From positions 12,772,001-12,836,000 of the forward strand of contig CATNEN010000003.1 in assembly GCA_950097015.1 (NCBI GenBank): a DNA stretch of 64,000 nucleotides. The letters run 5' to 3'. The notes beneath the pieces are model-generated. The model saw only the letters and a list, made by a program, of their open reading frames with translations, did no database searches and was not told the origin of the DNA. Positions 24,506 to 35,900 of this stretch are shown here, in pieces. The DNA comes from Macrostomum hystrix (taxonomy: Eukaryota > Animalia > Platyhelminthes). The first letter of the stretch is position 1. Each line of letters begins with the position of its first letter. The translations under genes and the position numbers were made by a program.

Positions 24506-25087
24506 GTGCTGGTTCTTTCCCTGCAGCCTGACGCCGACAAGAGAGGCACTCGAAGACGAAGCCAACGGCGACGGAAACTCAACATCTTCAGCATCACCGT
24601 CGTCGTTCTGTCCGTAGCCGTAGCCGCTATAGTCAAGCGGGCGAATTGACGACGCAGCTGTTGTCGTCACAGTAGAGGAAGCAACGGCGAGCAATTGACA
24701 TTGGTTGGAGTCGCTGTACACAGCCGGCGAAGGCGATGATGGCGACTGCGATTGGCAGCTCTCGTTGCCCAGAGTGCGTTCGAGATCAACGCCGAGAAGG
24801 CCGCACTGGTTGCCTCCGGCAGCGCCAGGTCCGAAGGCAGCAGTGGCAGCCATGGATGATGCGGAAGCCTCTAGCGACAGGGGACTGTTGCTGGCAGTCA
24901 GGAATTGTGCCTCGTCATCTGTGTCCGAGGCATAGCAGCAACCGCAGCAGCCGTTGTCGCTGCCAGCATCAGTTGTCGCCGCAATTCGACAATTCGACAA
25001 ATGATTGAGCTGCTGGTGCTGATGGCGCTGCTGCTGATGAAGTTGAATCTCTTCGCAACAGCTGTGAAATGAAGCATCGTCCGCCAT
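22738..25087 (-). CDS. PPP1R3: Protein phosphatase 1 glycogen-targeting regulatory subunit (PPP1R3 family; RVxF plus CBM21), about 610 aa. Exons 25087-24410, 24088-23543, 23346-22738.
   Basis: PP1-binding motif RKRVRFADALGFDL. CBM21 motifs VSLESV, VLNLATEKCVTARVTFDNW, DRF and FWDNNAGRNY. Phase-0 GT-AG introns join all three ORFs (1833 nt). Confidence 0.88.
24140..24388 (-). mobile_element. CORE-SINE family B copy in PPP1R3 intron 1
   Basis: On the minus strand: B-box ggttcgattccc, then a CORE-like block tgtgtcatttagccagacacttaactctgcattgattcagttcacccatgggttaaatgggtacc, then the shared 3' tail. Confidence 0.8.
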
Positions 25088-25962
25088 GCTTATGAAGAGA
25101 TTATCGCTAGGTGAAATTCTAAACAAGATTTTCAACTTTCGTGTGACTTTGTGTTGCCGATATAAAACAAATTTCAATCAACAAGGCTAGCTGAATGGCA
25201 GATGCGGAGTGGGTGGCTGCCAAGTCGGCCACGATTGGTCGCAAGAGGTGAGGCAGGAGAGCGGGGGTTGGCCAGCAGCGATCGATGAGTGTACATGCTC
25301 GTGAACGTTCATTCCATCTTATCGTCTCGCATTTGTCTCGTATTTTTATTTCATCAAATTTTTTTGCGCTTTAATGAATGAATTTGCTCATAAATATTTT
25401 AGCGCGAAAATATGCTTCTGCAATGCAATACTCGTTCGATTTATTAATGGAACCATAAAATTTTCTTTTTGAAGGGGTTTAGGTCATTCGGTAAGAATCC
25501 AGCGAATCCACAAAATGCACTAGGAATTGTGGCAGAAAAAACTGCTGTTGCATTTCCATGAAGGTGATTCATAAATTTTAAAAATGTATATTTTCTCACA
25601 CCTCTAAAAGCGTAATTGCTGATAAAATGGGTTCAGAAGTGTTTGCAAAGTCCAGATTGTTAATCACTATGCATTGTATTTTAATTAGCTTTCCTGCCAA
25701 AAGCTTATACAAAGGCGTGTTGACTAATAAATAGAATATAAATCAATTAGCAGCTTTGCTGTGGATTCTCTCTGTAAGATTAACTGGGAACCGCACAGAT
25801 GGCTGACACTGGTGGGTGTGTTATCAACGTGTTGGAGAATAAATAAATGTTGGTCAAGCTCCCAACTAGCTGGCTCTCTACTCACAAGCGCAAGTTTTGA
25901 ACCTTCTTTAAAAGCTCATCGGTAACCTTAGAGTTAGATTAAAAGTACATTACAACACCGCA

Positions 25963-28900
25963 ATGAAGCTACTTCTCATTGCTGTATTCGTTTGCCTTTC
26001 GGCGGCTTCCAACGCAGGTAAGACTTACAATTTTATTCTCTCTTAATTCATTAACTCGCTTTGATAAGGTCGTCAGGAACTTTCAGATTTTCTAGAATCC
26101 CAAAAACTCAAAACTGGGACTTGGAGATCCAATATAACTCTACTGGGATTTGAAGGTCCCATAGAATCCTACTGGGATTTGAAGGTCCCATAGAATCCTA
26201 CTGGGATTTGAAGGTCCCATAGAATCCTACTGGGATTTGAAGGTCCCATAGAATCCTACTGGGATTTGGAGATCCCATAGAATCCCTGTGGTTAGTGGTT
26301 CGAAACTCAAACTTCTGCGATAAGACCGATCGCCAACTCCAAACCACTGTCGCCGCACTTCGATTCTCCCAGACCGTCGGCACGAGCGCGATGCCATCAG
26401 CTTCCTCAACGGCCGAATCCCGGAGCTGCGCGCCAAGCAGCCACCGAGCGGCGCCGCCTGGACCAACGCCATGTACAAGATCGTCAGGGAGCTGGACGAG
26501 AGTGACGAATTTCGCGACGTTCTGAACGCCAAGCGCGAGTCGATCGAAGCCGAAGCGGTTGCGGAGCCCGTGTCCTTTAACTGCCAGCTGACCCGCTCGC
26601 CAACCAAGCCGACCTCCGTGCACAAGCTGCGTCCAGCTGACATCGACGTCATCGGCGCCCTGGGCGACTCGCTGACTGCCGCCAACGGAGCTCTGGCAAC
26701 CTCCGTCCTTGGCCTGCTGACTGAGTACCGCGGCTACGCCTGGAGGTGCGAATGAGTCCTTTTACCTGTTGACGGATGAGTCATTGTACCTGTTGACGGA
26801 TGAGTCATTGTACCTGTTGACGGATGAGTCATTGTACCTGTTGACGGATGAGTCATTGTACCTGTTGACGGATGAGTCATTGTACCTGTTGACGGATGAG
26901 TCATTGTACCTGTTGACGGATGAGTCATTTTATTAGTCTACGGATGAGTAACTTCACCAAACTGAAAATTTGTCACTTGCTAGACTTAATAGACTAAAAT
27001 GAACGAATGTCCTACTTTGTATTATTTGCAGCATCGGTGGTCAGGTGTCCCTCAGCCAGCACACCACTCTCGCTAGTGAGTAAATAAGAAAACTAAACTT
27101 GAAAGATACATGAGGTTTTGCAGTACTATCTGAATATTTGTATTTATACTTAAAAATCGAAATCGTTTCAGACATTATCAAGCACCACAACACCAATCTG
27201 TACGGTCACTCCACTGGCTCCGGAAGTGTGAGCAATCGCAACACTGTGCTCAACGTTGCCGAGCCCGGCAAGGTTGCCTCGTGAGTAACCACATTAATCC
27301 CTATAGCTTCATTTCCCAGCTGTAAAAATAGGCGGCCTTTCTAGTCCATGGACTGAACAGCCGTACACAGTCTGTGCCAAGTAGTGTATGGTCTAGGGGG
27401 TGAGTGGCATAGCGATCTAACGCAACTGCCTCTCGCACCATGATCCCTGAGCTCGATGCCGCGTCGAGGAGCGGATTCATTTGGAGCGCAGCCGCGGAGA
27501 GAAGGCTCTCGTTGAGAAGGCACAGTGAGAGTGAACACTGCATGACGATAAGAAAGTCAGATGATGTGCCATTGCCTGCCGCCCTCCTGCAATTATTTTA
27601 CTATTATTATAGTCTATGGCAAGTGTCACACACACACACACACTCATTGCAGCCACATGCCCGGCCAGGCTAAGTCTCTGGTTGACAAGATGAAGGCCGA
27701 CACTAAGGTGAATTTCGCCAACGATTGGAAGCTGATCACACTTTTCATTGGTGGCAACGATGTCTGCAACTACTGCAAGGACAAGGCAAGCAGATCCACT
27801 CTTATAGACTTCCTAAACTGTCTATTTTCCTAAAACTGTCGAACTATTTGAGCAATTTTTTTCCCAAAACAGAATGTGTACAGCGCAGATAACTACATCA
27901 AGCACATCCGTGACGCCTTGGACTATCTCCACGCCAACGTGCCCAAGGCCTTTGTCAACGTAGTCGAAGTGCTGGACGTCTCCCTGGTGAAGGAGCTGAA
28001 GGACGGCAGCTCGCTTTGCAATGTTCTGCAGGGCTCCCTGCTCTGCCGCTGCGGCGCCTTCCCCCAGAACGAGGCCGAAGAGCGCGACGTCAAGACCATC
28101 GTCGCGCAGTACCAGACCCGGCTGCGCCAGCTCATCGATTCTGGTCGCTACGACACTCGCGACGACTTCACCGTGGTCAACCAGCCATTCCTGAGGAACA
28201 GTGTGCCGCCTAAGATCAATGTGAGACTGTTGGATGCAAGGGAGGGCTGTAGGTACTGGCACATCAATTGGTGGCAGTAGACACTGAGCAAGTAGGTACG
28301 AGGTGCATTCAAAAAGTTCTTTTCGGTCCTTTGGCATTGTTTTGTAAATGACACACAGATCAAAATTTTTTCGAATGCTGCAAGTTAAGTTTATGGCCTA
28401 AACCTTCCTGAGTTTTTAAGCCTTAGCTGGTGACTGTGTCTGAGCTACAAGCAATTTTTTAAGCTACCCTTCTATTTCTTGGCCATGGCAGAATCTTTTT
28501 CAAAGCAAGACGTTCGGAGCTTGATGAAGTTCCAATTCCTGCAAGGAAAGAAACCTCCGGAGATGTTTAGAGAGCTTCAGCAAGTGTTTGGTGACAGTGC
28601 ACCAACTGAACAGACTGTTCGAAAGTGGTTCCGGTTGTTCGCTGAAGGCAGAGAGAGCGTCGAGGACAACGAACGCTCTGGAAGACCGATGACTGCCACC
28701 AACGAGACCGTGGTGAAGAAAGTGCAGGAGCTCCTGGATGATGATCGCAGACTGACTTGCGAAGAGCTGTCAGAAGATGTCGGAGTGTCAGTTGGCAGTG
28801 TGCACACCATTCTGACAGAGCGTCTCAACCTGCAGAAGAAATTCAGCAAGTGGGTGCCACACCTGCTGACAGGTGAGCAGACGATGCAACGTGCTCTGGC

Positions 28901-30506
28901 CGCCACCAACCACCTGCGCCGTTTCCAGCGAGAAGGAGAGAATTTTCTTTCGAGAATCGTTGCCGGAGATGAAACATGGGTTTATAGCTGGGATCCGGAG
29001 ACAAAGGCCCAGTCTGCTGAATGGCTTCCAGCCGATTCTCCAAGGCCTCAGAAGGCCATCAGGAAGCAGGGTGCATTGAAGATCATGCACGTCATGTTTT
29101 TTGATGTCCAGGGAATTCTGCTGAACTGGGCAGTCCCACATGGAACAACTGTGAATGGGGACTATTATAGATGGATTCTGCAAGAGAAGCTGCGCCCGGC
29201 GATTCGAAAGAAGCGCCCTGGTTTGCTGGAGTCTGGTGTGATCTTGCTGCATGACAATGCGCCGGCTCATCGCAAGCACAATGTTGTCGAACTCCTGAGC
29301 GGTTGGGGCTGGGAAGTGCTGCAACATCCGCCCTACTCGCCCGATTTGTCACCCTGTGACTTCTTCCTATTCCCATCTGTGAAGAAGCACCTTCGGGGCA
29401 TTCGATTCGACAGCGTCGAGCACATCAAAGCTGCTTGCCAAGGTGCGGTGCGTGAAACGGACGCGAGAGGCGTGGGTACTGGAATCAGAGGTCTGGTGCA
29501 TCGCTGGCAGAAGTGCAAGGACATTGGCGGTGAATATGTTGAGTGACCGAATGACATTGAATGACCTAAACATGTTTTCATTGTTCCATACGTTTTTTGT
29601 TAATTTTTGCTGAGCACCGAAAAGAACTTTTTGAATGCACCTCGTAATTCATTCCGCTGACTCCTGAACACACACTCACACAGGTTTGTACATCTGCCCT
29701 GACTTTCTCATCGTCAGTGCAGTGCAGTGCCTTGGAGGTTGGCCCTCAAGGCCGTAAATTGCACAACAAGCCCCCCAAGCCTTCTCTCCGTGACTGTGCC
29801 CCAAAACAAATGTGGCCTCGCCGCGGAATCGAGCTCAGGGACCTGGGTACCTGACGAGAAAAAATTATTGAAGAAGATGATGAAAGTGATTAGAGTTGTA
29901 CAATTTAAGATCTTTCAATTCACTCTGCTACGCCATTCACTTTCCACCGTCGTCAGGGCAAGTACGACCAGTCCTACTTTGCTCCTGACTGCTTCCACTT
30001 CAGCAAGAAGGGTCACGATGAGAGCGCCAAGGGTCTGTGGAACAACATGGTGCGTATCGCTTGGAACTAATTGATTTTAGTTTTTCAAAATTAAATATGC
30101 TATTTTATTTTATAAATTTATCCACCGAATTCAGATTGAGCCCATTGGACAGAAGTCGACCCAGTGGAGTCCAGGAGGCCCATTCAAGTGCCCCACTTCC
30201 GTGAGTCGGATTGTTTTTAAAATGATTCTTTATGGCTAAAACTCAATCACTAAGAACGATCCAACATCGTCGTCACTATAATTTCATTCAACTAGCGACA
30301 ACTTTAGAGTCTATGGTAAAAAGTATTTTATCTCATCACAATATCTTTGTCTATGGTCAAAAGCCGTTTAGCTCACTATAGCTCATCTTAATGATCAGTA
30401 TATTAGGCTAATTATTATGAGGGTTAGAGATCCTCAATGACAAATTTCCCTACTTCCAAAACCTTTTAAACAGACTCGCCCCTACCTGTCGACGAAGAAG
30501 AACTGA
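25963..30506 (+). CDS. PLB1: Secreted phospholipase B1-like GDSL/SGNH hydrolase, single domain, 417 aa. Exons 25963-26017, 26373-26745, 27032-27075, 27172-27280, 27653-27785, 27873-28220, 29957-30049, 30135-30200, 30474-30506.
   Basis: Signal peptide [18 protein letters not shown]. Motifs [24 protein letters not shown] (block I), [18 protein letters not shown] (block III), [18 protein letters not shown] (block V), LWNNM and FKCPT. Phases are consistent (1254 nt). AATAAA lies near 30596. Confidence 0.93.
26113..26290. repeat. 29-bp minisatellite (ctactgggatttgaaggtcccatagaatc) in PLB1 intron 1
   Basis: About 6 tandem copies. Confidence 0.9.
26752..26952. repeat. 24-bp minisatellite (tgagtcattgtacctgttgacgga) in PLB1 intron 2
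   Basis: About 8 copies, 7 of them with a perfect ATGAGTCAT. Confidence 0.93.
27397..27611 (+). mobile_element. Internally deleted SINE family A copy in PLB1 intron 4, preceded by a short family B fragment at about 27342-27370
   Basis: tRNA-like head ggggtgagtggcatagcg...gagctcgatgcc, the ctgcatgacgataagaaagtcag block, and tail gccctcctgcaattatt, as in 54285-54636. Confidence 0.75.
28299..29644 (+). mobile_element. Full-length mariner (Tc1/mariner, DD34D) DNA transposon, 1346 bp
   Basis: Perfect 29-bp TIRs cgaggtgcattcaaaaagttcttttcggt (28299-28327 and 29616-29644), TA target-site duplication at 28297-98 and 29645-46, and an intact transposase ORF. Confidence 0.97.
28485..29546 (+). CDS. 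Mariner transposase, 353 aa
   Basis: N-terminal HTH region ([17 protein letters not shown]), WVPHLL, and catalytic GDETW, HDNAPAH and [10 protein letters not shown] with 34 residues between the second and third Asp. No stops or frameshifts. Confidence 0.97.
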   Translation: MAESFSKQDVRSLMKFQFLQGKKPPEMFRELQQVFGDSAPTEQTVRKWFRLFAEGRESVEDNERSGRPMTATNETVVKKVQELLDDDRRLTCEELSEDVGVSVGSVHTILTERLNLQKKFSKWVPHLLTGEQTMQRALAATNHLRRFQREGENFLSRIVAGDETWVYSWDPETKAQSAEWLPADSPRPQKAIRKQGALKIMHVMFFDVQGILLNWAVPHGTTVNGDYYRWILQEKLRPAIRKKRPGLLESGVILLHDNAPAHRKHNVVELLSGWGWEVLQHPPYSPDLSPCDFFLFPSVKKHLRGIRFDSVEHIKAACQGAVRETDARGVGTGIRGLVHRWQKCKDIGGEYVE

Positions 30507-33500
30507 ACTGATCTGCTGAATTCACCAGCGACAATTAAGTGTGGTTCTGGCTGTTGCACTGCCACAGTTATTTTAACCATAAATTCGAAATTGGAAATAA
30601 ACGGTTGTACTTAATCAGATGACCATTTGTTCGAAACACTAAAATAAACGTTCGTAACTGCGCCTAAAAAGTTTTATCTCAATTATGATTCACACAGCTT
30701 CACAATCTCGTTTTGTTTTGCTTTTTTCTATTTCACAAAACGAATATTCAAATTATATGTGTGCATACGATTTAAATAATATTATCTGGTGGTTTTCGAC
30801 TACAGCCTTGGAGATCGGTTTGCTAACGGTTAAAAGTAACTGAATCGAATGCCAGTGGGCGAATGCCAATCGCTGACACGAATTACAATTAATGACGTTT
30901 AAGCACTCAAGACCAATTATTGAGTGGCATTGAATTAAAGGGTTTAATTCTGGAGCCACGACAATATAGAGAATGCATTAAAAGCGTTCATTTTAACGAC
31001 TCGATGTCGCTAATTGCTTAAAAGCATTTAATGGTACAATTTTTTTGCACTACGAGCGTATTTCTTGGTATAATAAAAGATTTTCAATGACGCCTGCAAA
31101 GCTTGGGTATCAATTTTATTGTTACCATAGACGTTTTTGCCCAAGCTATACTTTCAGAGTCAAAGACGGGGGTGTGGGGCAGAGCCCCCACTTCGGGGTG
31201 CCATAGACATTTTAGTCTCCGTAGCAAACCTCCGTAGAGAATTAGCAAACCGTAAGCCATTCCTATTGGTCGATGCCTTTTTGCGGGCGGTTAATGGCTA
31301 TTAGTCTGGCTTTGTGTTTAGTGCAAAACACAATGGCTTTGTGTTTTAGTCTGTGTATCAAAAGCGAGGGACAGAGTAAGATGGGGGTGTGGCCCACTTC
31401 AAACCATAGACAAAAATGTTTGACTATTCTTGTGGTCTACTAATGTGGTCTACTAAACTTTAGTCTATAAAACAGATCGAGTGACATTAACAAGCAAAAG
31501 GACATTAACTCGCATTCTACGCGCGTCAAAATGTCACCAAAAGTACATAGCAATGTATCATTTTTGTCATTGCACTTGTTTTAAAATAATTGTGTATGGG
31601 TGGAGCCGAGCAGCCAATTAATAATTTAACACCCACTTAAAATCGTTTTCAATGACATAGAACGGCTTTGGCTTTGTTGACATTCGAATCACATCGAACA
31701 GGTAACACCTCTGACTTTCGGATGGAAAGTTCGAAGTTCCCGTTCTGGCACCAGTCTGTGGAGGTCAATTTGTGACTGGATAGTCAAGCCCCGGGGTGTG
31801 AGTATAGTAGGCCTACAGTGATTCGTTCATGCAATAAACGGGCTGTCTGTCTTTTCTGGTAGCAATCTTGGTTGTAGCGTTAGCCTCGGCGGAATCGGAA
31901 TTCGTTTGATGCCGCGGCGGAGGCACAACTGCCTGTCACTGTTGGGGTACATAAAGGGGCGTCAGCAACGAATACAACGAATACGTCGACGTATATTTCC
32001 GCCTCGGTGGATCGGACACTGCGCACCTCCAGCTGCGTCAGCTAGCCCTTGGAACAGCGAAGTTATCAGCTGAAGTCATCAGCTTTACCGCTTTTGGTTG
32101 CGATGGACCAAATGTTTTAAATTTAGAGTACACACTGAAGTGAAATTCTGCTGCTGCTTTTCCTGGTCGCTGGCAGATTCTAGACAAGCTAGACAAGATT
32201 CTTTGATGGGAGGCTGGGCAGTCGTACGAGCTTGTGGCGGCCGCGCAACTGCTGACGGACACATCGGCGCTTCGGCGACGCTGGCGGAGTGTCTGGATGG
32301 TCACGAGCACCGTTAATTGGCTTATGTTTAAAAGACTGGGCGTCGACTTCCTCATTGCTTTTAAGTACGATGACCTTCGTAATGACGCACTCTATCTGTG
32401 TCGACCTCATTGCTGCGTTGATTGTACTACACTACTATAGGACCGCACCTCAAGCTGGCTTTGGGGCCGCCTAGCTCTTCAGAAGTTTTGTAGGCCGCTG
32501 CCATTATTATATGCATTGCTTTGGGAAGCTTCGGCAATCTTTATAACTAGCTTGCTAATACTATATACTTCCTACGTGCCATGGAGATTGCGAGCGGGAT
32601 TAGAGGGAGCTACGAAATTATGTTTTCACATAATTGCAAAAATAAACCAAGAAATTAAGTGTCCTAAACAAGAAATAGTTAATAAATAAAAAATGTATCA
32701 AAATAGATAATAGAGTTAATAAATAGATATTATCGTTCAGTTTTGGACGTACACCCCGGTTGGACCACTTCATGGCTTATTCGTGAATTCGACCAGATAT
32801 TGTCGAAGCTAGAGTCTTTTGCGTCTCCAAAATTGGTCTGACGACAGCTATTAGTTGCTGAGCAACATCTAACTGAGCACTGCATTACATATTTACACAT
32901 TACGCACTACAAATTTTTGTTAATTTGTTGATTATCGTGATTTCTTAGTATTGTTTTGTTTTAACCGTTACAATTAGTCCAAGAATTTAAATGGGTCTCA
33001 TTCAGAGTTTTCTTCTTTAACATTTAACATTAAATAATATATCTGAGTTTATCACGATTCACGTTCATTGCCATAGCATTAGCCCCTGCCTGAGCCAATA
33101 TCCCGATTAGTATTTTCTGTTTTCTTTTCTCTTTTAAATGATACTATACTTGATTTAAGCAAATTTAAAATAACTATTTGGCTTGGCTCTTACATACTTG
33201 ACTGTTTTTCTAGTGCTTGCCTTCCTCAATGCTTTATAATCAATCTAAAAAGCATTTAGGCTTAATAAATCGATGTTTTAATTATTTTTTTAAATATAAT
33301 TACCACTATGTTTATTTCTTTTTTATGAATGTGGTGTATTCAAACTATACTCTATTGATTATTGTATAATTATGTTTGTTTGTTTACATAAACAAATATG
33401 ATTTATGAAGTTCTGCTTATTGGCCCTATTTTAGTATTTGATTTTAAGCTTGGCGAGGGTACAGGCTGCATGCCCAGATATGCCCTAGCCAGAATATAAG

Positions 33501-35115
33501 TTTTTGTGAGTTGGCAGATATTTCTAGGCCTAAAAATATTGCTAAAGTCTCAACTCTACAAGAGTTACTCTTGCCTAGGTTGGGCTGAGCCAGATGTAAA
33601 TATGCCCATCTTCACAGGATTCACAGGTAGGGTAGGCCTTACTAGGTAGGCCAGGTTGTTCAAAATGAAATGCTCTGTATTCTATAGAATCCTAGTCATT
33701 TTGTCATGTAGTTTTTTATCAAATGACATCTAGCCAAAAATGTTGTTGTGAGTGTTAACAACCAAGAGATCAAGAGGAATACTTATTTGTGTTTGGTTAT
33801 AGGTGTCAGCCAATTATTAAGCCTAAGTACCACAAACAGAGCCAAAAGCAATTATATAATATGATTAACTGCCTTTGGTCACTTTGTCATATACCAATAA
33901 AGGCACTACAAAATTGTCTAAATTACTATCTATACATACCAACATTTATTTATGGAATATTCCATTGCTAAAGTTACATGACTTTGTGCCGCAGATCAGA
34001 AAGTTGCATAGTATATTTTTTTGTCGGTACATGATAGTGCACATCTGAGCATACCACTGGGCACTTAGCACTTGGCTGTAATACATAAATGTGCAACACC
34101 CGACCCACTCGGCCGAACCGGCTGGGTGAAACAAGGGCCAAGCAAGCCTGTAGGTTGCAAAAACCAATCGACCAAGTGCAAAAAAATCAAAGGGGGGACC
34201 AATGGACAAAAAATGAAAGCGTGAAGAAAAGGAAAAAGGGGAGAAAAAAGAGAGCAAACTAAGTTGTAAATAGAGCAAAAACTAAGTTGCATGGCCGGCT
34301 AAGATTTGGGAGGTTGCACATGTATGTTGTAATATATACCAATATAAGCTAGTACAAGACTATGCTGTAGGTTGATAGCTTATAGCTACACAATTATTCA
34401 ACTGTTTTTCCAACCTGGATTACTAGGTTTACACAAAAGGCTTCTTGAACTTTCTGTATTGAGTTTTTTAGCTAAGGTTATAGATACACCAGGAAAAATA
34501 TAACTAAGACTTGTGTTAACAAAAATGTAGTTTTTTTATTGAGTAAACTCTTATTCTATAAAGTATTTAAAATAATTCTGGCTTTAAAATGAAATTCCAA
34601 ATTTGTTGACTTATTATGATCTGTTTTTTAGCTTTTAGTCTATACCTTTAAAATAATTATTTGTAAAGGAGTTGGTACAAAATGTAGGCCAAAAAGGTAG
34701 TGTAACTTTACCAACATAAATATTTTTAACAAACAACTCAACAAAAGACCATAAGCTTCATTGCAAGAAGCTGGTTTTTGCAATCATTCATCATCATTAT
34801 TGTGGTGATGATTCCCATAATTTTTTGTGCCTACAAAAGCCCTTAGACCCATCCTAATTTAAGTTAAATCTATCTTTTATAGGTCCCTATGTCTCAATTT
34901 TAATCCTATTTAATATTTATTATTCCCCCACAAATGAAATATCCTACCAAAACCCCTGATGCCTTATGTCTATCTAAGTGTTGCAAGCTGTGATATCAAA
35001 GCCATTCCAGAGAAAATAGTTGTAGAGTACTAGACTAGACCAGTTGTAGTTCTAGTCCCACACTAGGGAAATTAATAAATTATCATTTGACATTGCAGAT
35101 CTGCTTAGATTCGCC

Positions 35116-35574
35116 ATGTCGCTCATCATCCCAGCTTCCTTTAAGCACATTATTCGCATCTCGAACACCAACATTGATGGCAAGGTGATGGCTCGCACTG
35201 CCCTGACCTCAATCAAGGGTGTAGGCAGGCGCTACGCCGATTTAGTTGCTAAGCGCGCCGGTATCAGCCGCGATCGTCGCGCCGGCCAGCTAAGCGACGA
35301 TGAAATCGAGCAACTCGTGACCATCATTATGAATCCCCAGCAGTTTAAAATCCCTCACTGGGTGCTGAACAGACAGAAGGACATCAAGGATATGAAGCAT
35401 CGACACGCTATCGGCAACCAGCTCGATACGAAATTGCGCGAAGATTTGGAACGCCTCAAACGCGTCCGGGCCCACCGCGGCCTGCGCCACTTCTGGAGCC
35501 TTCGCGTCCGCGGCCAGCACACCAAAACTACTGGACGACGCGGTCGCACTGTCGGTGTGTCCAAGAAGAAGTAG
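35116..35574 (+). CDS. RPS18: 40S ribosomal protein S18 (uS13), 152 aa, intronless CDS, divergent
   Basis: [25 protein letters not shown] and [30 protein letters not shown]. Acceptor ttgcag 17 nt before the ATG and AATAAA at 35585. Confidence 0.96.
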   Translation: MSLIIPASFKHIIRISNTNIDGKVMARTALTSIKGVGRRYADLVAKRAGISRDRRAGQLSDDEIEQLVTIIMNPQQFKIPHWVLNRQKDIKDMKHRHAIGNQLDTKLREDLERLKRVRAHRGLRHFWSLRVRGQHTKTTGRRGRTVGVSKKK

Positions 35575-35900
35575 AATTACTGATAATAAAATCGTTTCTG
35601 AGTCCTCGGTTTTGTGTTGGGCTGGACATTGTGTTGGATTTCAACTGTGCTTCTGTTAGATTGGCACTCTAGTAGTAGAAGAATTGGAATAGTAACGAAA
35701 TATAACGTTGACTAGATCCGGCTAATAATGGGATGAGATCATGCTTTTTCGTTGCCAAGCCTATGGATGCAAAATGCCTGTTTGGAATTGTGTCCGATGT
35801 CAATTTCTTTTTTTCAGATTTTGGGTCTGAATACACAGCTTTTGAAACTTGCTACTGTCACCCTACTTCTGGCACTCCTTTACTACTGTCACCCTACTTC

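Larger units (their letters stand above)
28230..29850 (-). mobile_element. SINE family A copy split by the mariner (5' part 29647-29850, 3' part 28230-28296)
   Basis: Reverse complements of the two mariner flanks are contiguous SINE A sequence: ...ggagtcagcggaatgaat[TA]cctacttgctcagtgtctactgccaccaattgatgtgcc... Confidence 0.75.

Noticed and set aside
31125-31470. Repeated ccatagac motifs suggesting a small MITE
   Set aside because: No clear pair of terminal inverted repeats or TSD could be defined.
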